NCBI GenBank assembly: GCA_965208835.1
Contig: OZ242358.1
Span: forward strand, 3,840,001-3,904,000
Direction of reading: 5' to 3'
Length of the DNA: 64,000 nt
From: Candidatus Latescibacterota bacterium
GTDB taxonomy: Bacteria; Latescibacterota; UBA2968; GCA-2709665
In this document: piece after piece, positions 27,811-38,000 of the stretch
How positions within the stretch are numbered: position 1 is the stretch's first letter
Layout of the letters: every line of letters begins with the position of its first letter
Position numbers and translations under genes: made by a program
The notes under the pieces: model-generated
Database searches by the model: none
What the model was told of the DNA's origin: nothing
The model's input: the letters and a program-made list of their open reading frames with translations, nothing else

Positions 27811-28941
27811 GTGAGCGTCACCGACGAGATTTCGTCCCGCCAGATTCCAGAAACAGCCGATGGGGGTGTTGCTGCGGACCGACCGGACTGGCGGAAAAAT
27901 CGCGCAGCCATGGTTCTGTCGGGGTTGGGCGTGCTGCTGGCCGGGATGACGGTGGCATCCGTCGGTACAGGCGCGGTTGCCGCATCTCCGGGGCAGATTC
28001 TGGCCATCTTAGGCGAACGGATCGGCCTGTGGCTGCCCTGGACCTATCAGCCGCAGCAGGAAGCCGTTGTAACAGCAATTCGCCTTCCACGGGTGTTGCT
28101 GAACGTGCTTGTCGGCGCCGGACTATCAGTTTCCGGAGCGGCAATGCAGGGTCTCTTCCGCAATCCGCTTGCGGACCCTGGCCTGGTGGGCGTGTCCAGC
28201 GGTGCGGCTCTGGCGGCGGTCTCAGTAATTGTGCTGGGAGCTACCGTGCTGGAGGGTTTCTCTTCGGCGCTCGGACTGTTTACGCTTCCCCTTGCGGCGT
28301 TCGTCGGCAGCGGCGTAACCACGGTGATCGTTTACAGGCTCTCCAGCGTACAGGGACGTACCGTGGTTGCCACCATGCTGCTGGCAGGTATCGCCGTGAA
28401 CGCGCTGACCGGTTCGGTTACCGGCCTGCTGACCTTCGCGGCGACCGACGAGCAACTTCGAAATATCACCTTCTGGAGCCTGGGTAATATGGGTGGTGCT
28501 ACCTGGACATCGTTGGCCTCCGTGGCGCCCTTTATCCTGATCTCTGTCTGTCTTCTGGTCCGGTACGCAAGGCCTCTGAACGCCTTTCTGCTGGGAGAGG
28601 CCGAAGCGGGGCATCTCGGTGTGCCGGTTCAGCGCATGAAACGCGAGATCGTGGCATTAACCGCTTTGGCCGTTGGTGCGTCGGTCGCAGTCACTGGCAT
28701 TATCGGCTTCGTGGGCCTGGTCGTACCCCACCTGCTTCGCCTCACTGTGGGTCCCGATCACCGCTACGTGATGCCCGGTGCGGCTCTGCTCGGGGCGTCT
28801 CTCCTGATGGGGGCCGATCTCGCCGCACGCACGGTCGTAATGCCTGCCGAACTGCCCATCGGAATTGTGACGGCTATTGTCGGAGCGCCCTTTTTTCTGT
28901 ATCTGCTGCTGCGAAACAAACAGAAGATGCAACTGTTATGA
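27811..28941 (+). CDS. hmuU: Heme ABC transporter permease (FecCD family)
   Basis: IRLPRV, QGLFRNPLADPG, LGEAEAGHLG, IGFVGLVVPH, ELPIG. Confidence 0.92.
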   Translation: MSVTDEISSRQIPETADGGVAADRPDWRKNRAAMVLSGLGVLLAGMTVASVGTGAVAASPGQILAILGERIGLWLPWTYQPQQEAVVTAIRLPRVLLNVLVGAGLSVSGAAMQGLFRNPLADPGLVGVSSGAALAAVSVIVLGATVLEGFSSALGLFTLPLAAFVGSGVTTVIVYRLSSVQGRTVVATMLLAGIAVNALTGSVTGLLTFAATDEQLRNITFWSLGNMGGATWTSLASVAPFILISVCLLVRYARPLNAFLLGEAEAGHLGVPVQRMKREIVALTALAVGASVAVTGIIGFVGLVVPHLLRLTVGPDHRYVMPGAALLGASLLMGADLAARTVVMPAELPIGIVTAIVGAPFFLYLLLRNKQKMQLL

Positions 28942-29801
28942 TCGAAGCCGACGAAGTTTCTGTACATATCGGACGAAAAGCACTGCTGAATCGCGTCAGC
29001 ATCCAGGTACGACCGGGTGAAATCGTCGCCGTCGTGGGTCCCAACGGCTCGGGAAAGACCACGCTGTTCCGGGTGCTGTGCGGCGACCTGTCGCCTTCGA
29101 CCGGCTCGGTCTGGCTGGAGGGATGGTGCCTCGAGGACTGGGCATCGACCGAACAGGCCCGAAAACGCGCGGTGCTCCCGCAGACCGCCACACTCGATTT
29201 CCCGTTTACGGTTCTGGAGGTCGCGGTTATGGGCCGAATGCCTCACCTGGAGGGTTCCGAGGGCACGCGAGACTACGCGATTGCGCGCTCCGGCCTCGAC
29301 ATGGCGGGCGTCGGTGAACTGGAAGACAGGATATACCCCACGCTTTCGGGAGGTGAGCAGCAGCGGGTGCAGTTCGCGCGGGTTCTTACGCAAATCGGAG
29401 AGCAACCCTCGGACGGCCGGCGATATCTTCTGCTCGATGAGCCCACATCCAATCTCGATCTGGCGCACCAGCATCGGATTCTGTCCACTGCCCGCAACTT
29501 CGCCTGTGAGTCGACCGGCGTATTGGCGGTGGTCCACGACCTGAATCTGGCCGCCCAATACGCGGATCGCATCCTTGTTCTGAAGGATGGCGAAGAGCTC
29601 ACCACAGGTGGACCGGCGGAGGTGCTCACGGAGGGAGTCATTGAGCAGGCCTTCGAAGTCGGAGTACAGGTGATTCCGCACCCCGCACTGGACTGCCCGC
29701 TCATCGTTCCGCTTCCCGAGACTTCAGCGAAATCTAGAACCGCCCAAATTGCGGGCAGCGCGATATTCGGTCCTCAGGCAGGGACTTCGTTCGATAACTG
29801 A
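28938..29801 (+). CDS. hmuV: Heme ABC transporter ATP-binding protein
   Basis: GPNGSGKTT, LSGGEQQRVQFARVLTQ, LLLDEPT, HDLNLAAQYAD, HP. Confidence 0.93.
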   Translation: MIEADEVSVHIGRKALLNRVSIQVRPGEIVAVVGPNGSGKTTLFRVLCGDLSPSTGSVWLEGWCLEDWASTEQARKRAVLPQTATLDFPFTVLEVAVMGRMPHLEGSEGTRDYAIARSGLDMAGVGELEDRIYPTLSGGEQQRVQFARVLTQIGEQPSDGRRYLLLDEPTSNLDLAHQHRILSTARNFACESTGVLAVVHDLNLAAQYADRILVLKDGEELTTGGPAEVLTEGVIEQAFEVGVQVIPHPALDCPLIVPLPETSAKSRTAQIAGSAIFGPQAGTSFDN

Positions 29802-29869
29802 CACGATTGACATATGCCGGGATCAGAAGTCTTGAAGCGAAGACAGCTTTGCTTTAATGGAGAAAATCG

Positions 29870-32281
29870 ATGTCACGCGTCAATTCGTCAGGTACGAAGA
29901 ATCAGGCCGCGCCATCGGAAACGGACGCCAGGCCGGGTGCGTGTCTTGTGACACGCTGTCTACTTAAGGGACTCAGGTATTCGGGATGGTTCGTGTTCCT
30001 GTGCTGCCTGTGCGGTTACGGCGTGGCGAACGACGATACCGGGCACATCGACGGCGTGGTGCAGACAGCAGGCGGCGTGCCCCTGGCCAATGTGAATGTG
30101 ATCGTCGCGAATACTCCGGCGGGAACCGTTTCTTCCGCCACCGGGCGGTTTTCAATGGTCGGCATACCTTCGGGTGAACGTACGGTGGTCGCAAGCCTCG
30201 TCGGCTATCGGAATGCCCGCCGCGAATTAAGCATTGTCGACAACACCGTTTCAAGGATTACAATCACTTTGACCCCGGAAACAACCGCACTCCCCGCGAT
30301 TGTCGTAACCGGAACCAGATCGGCGCAGCGCACTGAAGACACCCCCATCCGGACGCAGGTCGTCACCAGACGTGAAATTGACGACACGGGAGTGGTCGAT
30401 CTGGGAAGTCTGTTGTCCGAACAGACCGGGCTTGCCGTCATTTCCGATCACGGCACCGGCGTTCAGATGCAGGGGTTCGATCCCGATTATACGCTAATAC
30501 TGGTCGACGGCGAACCCATTATCGGACGCACAGCCGGAATCCTCGACCTGGACCGCTTCCTGGTGAGCAATCTCGAACAGGTCGAGATCGTAAAGGGTTC
30601 CACCTCCTCGCTCTACGGCAGCGAAGCTCTGGCGGGTGTGATCAATCTGATTACGCGCCTGCCTGAAAAGCCGTTCTCCGTTTCCATTCGCCCTCGATAC
30701 GGAACCTTTGGCGCCTTGAATTTCACCGGCGAACTGGAATCAAGGCAGCGGGAAGTCGGGATATCTCTCTTTGTGGACAGAAGCCGCAGCAACGGATACG
30801 ATCATACGCCGGAGACAGTCTCGCCGACCGCACCGGAATACGTCACCTATACCGCAAGTCCCAAAGTCGTCTATCAGCCGAACGACCTTGTAACGTTGTC
30901 CCTGACTGCCAGGGCTTTCCGCGAGAACCAGTACAGTCCGGAGGAGATCACGTCGCGCAGCGGAACCGTGCCCATTGACCGGGACGCACGTCTCACAGAC
31001 TGGAATATCAAACCCGGAATCGTCTTCCAATGGACGCCGAGCCTTCGAATAACCGGTAAGCTCTATACGGCAGGATACCACACCAGAAGCGAGCGGACCC
31101 GAAGCGATAACGGCGAAGCGTACGACCTGGCGACCTTCGACCAGGCCTACCACAAGGCGGAGTTACATGCCCGCTCGCTGATCGGGAAGACCAGCATTGT
31201 GACCCTCGGCGCCGGAGCGGTGTGGGAATCCGTAGAGGCCGACCGCATCACCGGCGGGCGCCAAACCTCACGGAACGCCTTCGCCTTTCTCCAGGAAGAG
31301 TGGTTGCCGGCGACATGGCTCGACGTTGTCGTCAGCGCGCGTGTGGATGCGCACAGCGATTATGCGACCCGAGTGAGCCCGAAAGCCGCCCTGCTCGTTA
31401 AGACACTGCCGTGGCTGCATCTGCGCGGGTCCATAGGTAGCGGCTTCAAGGCGCCTACGTTTCAACAGCTGTACCTGGATTTCACGAATCCTTCGGTCGG
31501 ATACTCCGTACTCGGTTCCACGTATGTCCGCGAGGGAATGGCCGCGTTTCAGGACGAAGGTCAGATTGCCGGCGTTCTGCAGAACGCCGAAACCCTGGAG
31601 CAAATTCGCGCGGAAAGCGCCGTCTCGTTCAACACGGGCATTGAAATCGCGCCTGGAAGACGCGCGTCCGCCAGCTTCAACTTCTTTCATAACAACATGA
31701 AGGATCTCATCGAGGCTTCGCCGATTGCGCGAAAGAAGAGCGGCCAGAGCGTATACACGTATTTCAATCTCAACCGCGTCTTCACACGCGGTATGGAAAG
31801 TGAATTCAAGATACGCATTTCCAGGGAGGCCGGGTTTTCGGCGGGCTATCAATACCTGGTTACCGGAGACAGGGACATACTCGACAGACTCCACGAAGGC
31901 AAGGTAGTAACGGTGGATTCGGAGACCAACAAGCTCCGCCGCGTCGAGACCTCCGAATATGGCGGCCTCTTCAATCGCTCGACCCACACTGCCACGCTCC
32001 GCCTGGCCTATCGGAGTGATAAAACCGGCTTCGGCGGCAGCCTGCGCGGGGTATATCGAGGACGATACGGTTATGGGGACCGTAATCTGACGAGCATTCT
32101 GGATGCGCCGGAAGAGTACGCGCCAGGCTACGACCTCTGGCACATTTCATTTTCTCATCAAATAAAGGATGCCGCAACGATTCGACTGGGTGTACGGAAC
32201 ATCTTCGACGAAAAACGGCTGGACTACGTTCCCTCGCTGTCCGGCCGAACGCTGTACGCAGACCTTACGAAGGTCTTCTGA
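29870..32281 (+). CDS. TonB-dependent receptor (HmuR-like) with N-terminal carboxypeptidase-regulatory-like domain
   Basis: IVVTGTR TonB box, LILVDG, VEIVKG..SSLYGSEALAGVINLIT plug, GFKAP, NIFD, terminal Phe; start uncertain. Confidence 0.93.
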   Translation: MSRVNSSGTKNQAAPSETDARPGACLVTRCLLKGLRYSGWFVFLCCLCGYGVANDDTGHIDGVVQTAGGVPLANVNVIVANTPAGTVSSATGRFSMVGIPSGERTVVASLVGYRNARRELSIVDNTVSRITITLTPETTALPAIVVTGTRSAQRTEDTPIRTQVVTRREIDDTGVVDLGSLLSEQTGLAVISDHGTGVQMQGFDPDYTLILVDGEPIIGRTAGILDLDRFLVSNLEQVEIVKGSTSSLYGSEALAGVINLITRLPEKPFSVSIRPRYGTFGALNFTGELESRQREVGISLFVDRSRSNGYDHTPETVSPTAPEYVTYTASPKVVYQPNDLVTLSLTARAFRENQYSPEEITSRSGTVPIDRDARLTDWNIKPGIVFQWTPSLRITGKLYTAGYHTRSERTRSDNGEAYDLATFDQAYHKAELHARSLIGKTSIVTLGAGAVWESVEADRITGGRQTSRNAFAFLQEEWLPATWLDVVVSARVDAHSDYATRVSPKAALLVKTLPWLHLRGSIGSGFKAPTFQQLYLDFTNPSVGYSVLGSTYVREGMAAFQDEGQIAGVLQNAETLEQIRAESAVSFNTGIEIAPGRRASASFNFFHNNMKDLIEASPIARKKSGQSVYTYFNLNRVFTRGMESEFKIRISREAGFSAGYQYLVTGDRDILDRLHEGKVVTVDSETNKLRRVETSEYGGLFNRSTHTATLRLAYRSDKTGFGGSLRGVYRGRYGYGDRNLTSILDAPEEYAPGYDLWHISFSHQIKDAATIRLGVRNIFDEKRLDYVPSLSGRTLYADLTKVF

Positions 32282-32355
32282 TTGGATCGGGATTGATCTA
32301 TTAAGGACACGATGAGAACCCCGACAATATCCACCAATCACTTGGCGGGAGGTGT

Positions 32356-33597
32356 ATGAAAGGAATCTTCTCATGTAGTATTTTTCTGTTGTTCGTGCTG
32401 CCTGTGAACGTCACGGGCGAAAATGAAAAGTCGGAACCGAGAATAAAGCTCACGGGATACGGCGAGCTCATCTATTCGCATTTCGACTACGGCCCGGATC
32501 AGAAGAGCAGCCCGACGGGTTCACCGCCTGACAGCCGCGCGATTATCGACGTTACGCGACTGGCGCTCGAGCTGGAAACCCATCTGCTGCACGGCGTCGA
32601 ATTTGAAACTGAAGTGGAAATCGAACACGGCGGTACCGGGGGTGCCCTCGAAATTGAATACGAGGAATTCGGTGAGTACGAATCCGAAGTGGAAAAAGGC
32701 GGTGAAGTCATCCTCGAAGAACTCTACATTAAACGCGAGTTCAGCGACGCCTTCAACGTCCGTCTGGGCCACTTTTACGTTGCCGTGGGACTCACCACGG
32801 AGCTTTACCACCCCACGAGTTTTTTCGGAACGCGACGTCCTGAGTCGGAAACCTCGGTCATTCCCGCAATATGGCACGAAACCGGCATTGAAGTCAGCGG
32901 CCACGGCGATCGTCTGAGCTACCAGATTCAACTCGTCAACGGCCTGGACGCTACGGGTTTCAGTTCACAAAGCTGGATTGTTGGCGGCCACCAGACGCGC
33001 TTCGAGGAAGTTCAAGCATCGAACATGGCCCTCGCGGGCCGGCTGGACTACCGTCTCGCGGATGGTCTCACCCTCGGAATTTCGGGCTATCGCGGCAATA
33101 GCGCCGACAACCGGCCCAAGCCCGATATGAAGGGCATCAGTGCCACGATATCCATATTCGATGTCCACGCCGTACTGCGATACAAGCGTCTGCGTGCGCA
33201 GGGCATGTATCTCTACGGACAGCTGCAGAACGCTGACATCGTAAGCCAGCGCAACCGATCGCTTTCCAATAATCTCGATGTGTTGCGCACGCCGGTCGCC
33301 AGTGGCGCCTATGCGTCTTATGCCGAAGCCGGCGTTGATATTCTGCCCACTCTCACGTTGCGGCCGGAAGATCAACTCTACGTGTTCCTGCGATTTGACC
33401 GCTACGACACAATGGCGAGTGTCCCGGAGAACTTTTTTGACAATCCACGATTCGAACGAACAGTATTCACCTTCGGTCTAAACTACGTTATGGACAACGC
33501 TGTCGTTCTCAAAGGCGACTACGCCATGCGTCGTCTGGGCCATTCAAAATTCAACGGAGAAAATACCGCCAGCTTCGGCGTTGGTTTTCAGTTCTAA
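32356..33597 (+). CDS. Outer-membrane beta-barrel/porin of iron-uptake loci
   Basis: Signal peptide; LTGYGE, EVEIEHGG, acidic EIEYEEFGEYESEVEKGGE loop, WHETG, terminal GFQF. Confidence 0.8.
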   Translation: MKGIFSCSIFLLFVLPVNVTGENEKSEPRIKLTGYGELIYSHFDYGPDQKSSPTGSPPDSRAIIDVTRLALELETHLLHGVEFETEVEIEHGGTGGALEIEYEEFGEYESEVEKGGEVILEELYIKREFSDAFNVRLGHFYVAVGLTTELYHPTSFFGTRRPESETSVIPAIWHETGIEVSGHGDRLSYQIQLVNGLDATGFSSQSWIVGGHQTRFEEVQASNMALAGRLDYRLADGLTLGISGYRGNSADNRPKPDMKGISATISIFDVHAVLRYKRLRAQGMYLYGQLQNADIVSQRNRSLSNNLDVLRTPVASGAYASYAEAGVDILPTLTLRPEDQLYVFLRFDRYDTMASVPENFFDNPRFERTVFTFGLNYVMDNAVVLKGDYAMRRLGHSKFNGENTASFGVGFQF

Positions 33598-33617
33598 ACC
33601 CTTTCGAGGAGACACCC

Positions 33618-34694
33618 ATGAAATTTACGAGGATTTTACTCAGCTTCATGCTCGCCTTTTCGCTCGCCGCCTGCAGCGACAAGGATGAAAACCCGGTTGC
33701 ACCTGAACCGGAACCGGATCCCGGATTCGACTTTTCATCTATTTTGACCGATTTTGCGGATAAGACGGTTATCCCGATCTATAAGGATCTTGCCGACAAG
33801 ACGTCCGACCTCCTCGTCGCAGTCAACAATCTCCGGACCAATCCATCGCCCGCGACGTTGTCAACCGCCCGTGCGGCGTGGGTGGCCTCGCGCCAGCCCT
33901 GGGAGAGAAGCGAAGCGTTTCTGTTCGGCCCTGTCGACTTCAAGGGTTACGATCCGGCACTGGATTCCTGGCCCGTAAACCGCGCGGACCTGGAAGCCGT
34001 ACTCTCGAGCGGCGATGCCTTAACCAAAACGTCCGTCAATAACCTCGAAAACACGCTCAAGGGATTTCATACGGTTGAATTCCTGCTCTATGACGACGGC
34101 GGAAGCAAGGCCGTCAGCGATTTCACGACTCGCCAGTTCGATTATCTGATAGCGGCGACTGAACTGCTCGACGATGCAGCCAACGCGATGTACACCGACT
34201 GGAGCGCATCGGGCGGCAACTTCCGCGACCAGGTTGTCAATGCAGGCGGGGGCAGCAACACCTACACCACGCAGAAAGCAGCCGTCCAGGAAATGATCAA
34301 TGGCATGGTTGGCATCGCCGACGAAGTCGGAAACGGTAAAATTGCCGACCCCTTCAACGAACAGGACACACGGCTTGTCGAATCGCAATTCAGCTTCAAT
34401 TCTCTCCTTGACTTCCAGAACAATATTCGTGGTATATGGCACGTGTACACCGGCGGATACAATGTCCAGGCAGTGGGCCTCGACTATTTCGTCAGGAGCA
34501 GGAACGCGTCTCTCGACCAGCGCCTGAAGGATGAAATCGAGACGGCCATCGAGGAGATCGGGAAGATCTCCTTCCCGTTCCGCGATGCTCTGGCTACCGA
34601 TGCAGCGCAGATCACGGCAGCCCAGCAGGCCATCGCCACGGTGCAGGCGACCCTCGAAGGCGATGTCTTGCGCCTGGTGAACGCAGAGCCATAA
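33618..34694 (+). CDS. Imelysin/IrpA-like (peptidase M75) lipoprotein
   Basis: Lipobox LAAC; WERSEAFLFGP, LDSWP, GFHTVE (GxHxxE), ESQFSFNS. Confidence 0.9.
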   Translation: MKFTRILLSFMLAFSLAACSDKDENPVAPEPEPDPGFDFSSILTDFADKTVIPIYKDLADKTSDLLVAVNNLRTNPSPATLSTARAAWVASRQPWERSEAFLFGPVDFKGYDPALDSWPVNRADLEAVLSSGDALTKTSVNNLENTLKGFHTVEFLLYDDGGSKAVSDFTTRQFDYLIAATELLDDAANAMYTDWSASGGNFRDQVVNAGGGSNTYTTQKAAVQEMINGMVGIADEVGNGKIADPFNEQDTRLVESQFSFNSLLDFQNNIRGIWHVYTGGYNVQAVGLDYFVRSRNASLDQRLKDEIETAIEEIGKISFPFRDALATDAAQITAAQQAIATVQATLEGDVLRLVNAEP

Positions 34695-34790
34695 GAGCCG
34701 CCCACGCGACTGCAGGCGAGCCGACAGGGCAATCTATAGAAGATGCCCTGTCGGCGCAGTTAAGGCAGCCGTCCGCTTTTTCCACTGTGC

Positions 34791-36191
34791 ATGAGACCCG
34801 TATACGTGACAAAAACCGGCAAGACTCCACTGGCTATCGCCGCCTTGCTGCTCATTTCGGCGTGTGGCAGTGAAGAGACGATTTCTCCAGTTCCCGACGA
34901 AACCAGACCGCTGTCTGGCGGGCAGGCGACCGTTTTCGACGCCTCCAGTCAAGCTTTCGAAATGCCCATTCCGACGCTCTCGGCCAGCGAACTTGAGAAG
35001 TTTCTCGCTGGTGATGCCACCTTCGAACAGGTTTTCGTCACGCCGCCCGCGGAGGTGAATCCCGGGGCGGGTCCCGTATTCAGCCACACCTCCTGCGTGG
35101 GATGTCATTTGCGCGACGGACGCGGGCGCGGCTCATTCGGCACCGAGCCGCCCTTTGTCGGCTCCATGCTCTTGCGCATCAGTCTTCCCGGCTTCTCTCC
35201 GCACGGCGGTCCGGCGCCTGTACCGGGTTTCGGGATACAGCTCGGCGACCGCGCGAACTATGGCGTTAAGCCCGAAGCACGCGTCCAGGTCAGTTCTTTC
35301 GAAACGGTGGAAAGACTCGCGGACGGCGAGGAAGTCTACCTGAAACACCCCGTCTACTACATAGTAGACACGTATCAACCTTTGCCAGCCGGCGTGCTCC
35401 TGTCGGCGCGCATGGCGCCGCCCGTATTCGGTCGCGGTCTTCTCGAAGCGATTTCCGAGTCTGACATTCTCGCCCTGTCGGATCCCGCGGACGCCGACGG
35501 GGACGGCATTTCGGGCCGTCCCAACTACGTGCATAATTTCCGGACGGGCCAGACGGAACTCGGACGTTTCGGCCGGAAAGCCAACAATCCCGATATATTG
35601 CAGCAGGTCGCGAGCGCGTACAAAGAGGACATGGGCGTTACCAGTCCATACTTTCCCATTGAATCGGTATGGGGGCAGACTCAATACGACGGCCGCGACG
35701 ACGATCCGGAGATTACACAGGATATTCTGGACATCACGACGTTCTATATCCAGACGCTCGCCGTACCCGCACGGCGCAATTGGGACGATCCCCAGGTCAT
35801 TCGCGGTGAGATACTCTTTGAATCGACGGGTTGCGCCGGCTGCCATACGACCACGTTCCGGACGGACAGCCACCCGATCGCGGCATTATCCGGCCAGATC
35901 ATCCATCCCTATACCGATCTGCTGCTGCACGACATGGGCGACGCCCTGGCCGACGATCGACCGGACTTCGAAGCCACGGGGCGCGAATGGAAGACGCCGG
36001 CGCTCTGGGGCCTTGGGCTCACGGAAACCGTCAATGGCATTCCGCCGGGATTCCTGCACGACGGCAGGGCGTTGACCCTGCTGGAAGCGATTATGTTTCA
36101 CGGCGGCGAAGCCGAACGGTCGCGCGAAGCCGTGCGCCGGCTTTCCACGGAAAATCGGGAAGCCCTGCTCGCGTTCTTGCGATCGTTGTAG
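34791..36191 (+). CDS. Di-heme oxidoreductase (DHOR/DUF1111) lipoprotein
   Basis: Lipobox ISAC; CVGCH and CAGCH; GRGLLEAI, DGDGISGR, PYTDLLLHDMG, EWKTPALWG, LHDGRA. Confidence 0.92.
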   Translation: MRPVYVTKTGKTPLAIAALLLISACGSEETISPVPDETRPLSGGQATVFDASSQAFEMPIPTLSASELEKFLAGDATFEQVFVTPPAEVNPGAGPVFSHTSCVGCHLRDGRGRGSFGTEPPFVGSMLLRISLPGFSPHGGPAPVPGFGIQLGDRANYGVKPEARVQVSSFETVERLADGEEVYLKHPVYYIVDTYQPLPAGVLLSARMAPPVFGRGLLEAISESDILALSDPADADGDGISGRPNYVHNFRTGQTELGRFGRKANNPDILQQVASAYKEDMGVTSPYFPIESVWGQTQYDGRDDDPEITQDILDITTFYIQTLAVPARRNWDDPQVIRGEILFESTGCAGCHTTTFRTDSHPIAALSGQIIHPYTDLLLHDMGDALADDRPDFEATGREWKTPALWGLGLTETVNGIPPGFLHDGRALTLLEAIMFHGGEAERSREAVRRLSTENREALLAFLRSL

Positions 36192-36315
36192 AAAGCCAAC
36201 CTGGCGCGATGAAAATCGGCTGGACGAAACATCCTCGGCACCCTGCCGGACGCCTTGCGCCGAGTAGATCGGTAGACGCCGATCTACTTCCACAAACCTT
36301 CATAGGGAGGATGTT

Positions 36316-37590
36316 GTGAATTTGCGACGCTTGTTTTACGCCTGCATTGTCGTCCTTGCAACCGTGCCGCTTCTCGCCCAGATGGCTGGCGACGCCGATT
36401 TCGACGGCAACGGCGAAGTCGATTTTCAGGACTTCCTATTGTTCGCCCGCGCTTTCGGGTCCACGGATCCTCAATTCGATCTGGACGGGAACGGCGAGGT
36501 CGACTTTCAGGACTTCCTATTGTTCGCCCGCGCTTTCGGCGGTCCGGCAGAGCCCGACATGGCGCCCATTACGACGTTGACGGAGGTCGTGGTACGCGAC
36601 CTTCCGTCCGACCCCGACAGGCTGGACGTTTTCACCTATTACAGCCTGAGGGACAGCGCCATCGTCGCCCGGACCGATTCCAATTCCACGAAGTGGGACC
36701 TCGCATTCAAGTCGACAACGGTCCTGATCAACGGCGGCAGCAGCGGACCGGGCGATGGCGGCGCGATCGTGCTGACGGAAACGGACTACGATACCCTCTC
36801 AATGGCGCCCGATTCTGAATATGCGGTTGACATGGAGGGACAACCGGCGATTTCTGGGCAATGGTATACCTATACCGGTCCGCCCGACCATCACATCCTG
36901 ATCAACCCGGGCGTAGTGCTGGTTGTCCGCACGGCCGACGGGAGATACGCCAAGCTCAAGTTTACGAGTTATTATAAAGGTGGGGAGGCAGTTCCTTCGT
37001 CACCCGAAGCGAGGGGGCGCTTTCTGAATTTCACCTACACGTTCCAGCCGGATGACTCCCGTTCCCTTGTCGGACCATCCATGGAAATCACAACGCTTAC
37101 GGAAGTCATTGCCCGCGACGTCGCCGCAGACACGGGTAACGTGGGCGCCTTCACCTTCTACAGTCTCCGCGACAGCGGTCTTGTCGCCAGTGCGGACTCC
37201 AATTCCACGAAGTGGGACCTGGCTTTCAAGTCCACGACCGTACTCACGAACAGCGGCAGCAGCGGGCCCGGAGAGGGCGGCGCGATCGTGCTGACCGCGA
37301 CGGATTACGATACACTGTCGATGGCGCCCGATTCGGAATACGCCGTCGATCAGGAGGGACAACCGGCGATTTCTCGGCAATGGTATACCTATACCGGGCC
37401 GCCGAGCCACCAGATCCTGATGAACCCCGGCATCGTGATCGTGGTTCGTACAGCCGACGGGCGATACGCCAAGCTCAAATTCACGAGCTATTACGAGGGA
37501 GGGGAGGCGATTCCGGCTGGGGACGCAAGATCCCGCTTCTATCATTTCACATATACGTTTCAACCCGACGGCTCGCGCTCGTTTCGTTGA
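36316..37590 (+). CDS. Secreted protein: N-terminal dockerin-like domain plus two tandem HmuY-family heme-binding domains
   Basis: Signal peptide; 2x D[FL]DGNGEVDFQDFLLFARAFG; 2x YSLRD..WDLAF..NxGSSGPG..WYTY..H..VRTADGRYAKLKFTSYY. Confidence 0.88.
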   Translation: MNLRRLFYACIVVLATVPLLAQMAGDADFDGNGEVDFQDFLLFARAFGSTDPQFDLDGNGEVDFQDFLLFARAFGGPAEPDMAPITTLTEVVVRDLPSDPDRLDVFTYYSLRDSAIVARTDSNSTKWDLAFKSTTVLINGGSSGPGDGGAIVLTETDYDTLSMAPDSEYAVDMEGQPAISGQWYTYTGPPDHHILINPGVVLVVRTADGRYAKLKFTSYYKGGEAVPSSPEARGRFLNFTYTFQPDDSRSLVGPSMEITTLTEVIARDVAADTGNVGAFTFYSLRDSGLVASADSNSTKWDLAFKSTTVLTNSGSSGPGEGGAIVLTATDYDTLSMAPDSEYAVDQEGQPAISRQWYTYTGPPSHQILMNPGIVIVVRTADGRYAKLKFTSYYEGGEAIPAGDARSRFYHFTYTFQPDGSRSFR

Positions 37591-37616
37591 TTGACCATCT
37601 GAAAGGGAGGTACACG

Positions 37617-37946
37617 ATGGTCTCCGTTGCGAATCGGATCTACATCCACCCGGACTATGCCGCGAATTTCGAGGAGCGGTTTCGCAACCGCGCGCATCTG
37701 GTGGACGGTATGCCCGGGTTCATCTCCAACAAGGTACTGAGACCCATGAAGAGTGGGGATCCCTACGTGGTGCTGACCCTATGGGAGTCCCGCGAGGATT
37801 TCAAGAACTGGGTGAATTCGGAGGAGTTCCAGAAGGGCCACTCCAGATCGGGAACGCTGCCGAAAGAGGCGTTCACGGAACCCAGCCACCTTGAAATCCA
37901 CGAGGTGTTTCTGGACACGGAACGGGAGCACGCGGACGCGGTTTGA
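37617..37946 (+). CDS. IsdG/HmoA-like heme-degrading monooxygenase (ABM family)
   Basis: GGGAGG RBS; VANRI, FEERF, MPGF, WESREDFKNWVNSEEFQKGH (N-W-H triad). Confidence 0.88.
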   Translation: MVSVANRIYIHPDYAANFEERFRNRAHLVDGMPGFISNKVLRPMKSGDPYVVLTLWESREDFKNWVNSEEFQKGHSRSGTLPKEAFTEPSHLEIHEVFLDTEREHADAV

Positions 37947-38000
37947 CTAACCTCTTCCGAGCCACACCCGCGGTATAGGGATGATTGCGGCGGAACACAC

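Noticed and set aside
36403-37587. DNA direct repeats as CRISPR or mobile element
   Set aside because: They are in-frame protein domain duplications (dockerin-like and HmuY); no spacer array or cas genes
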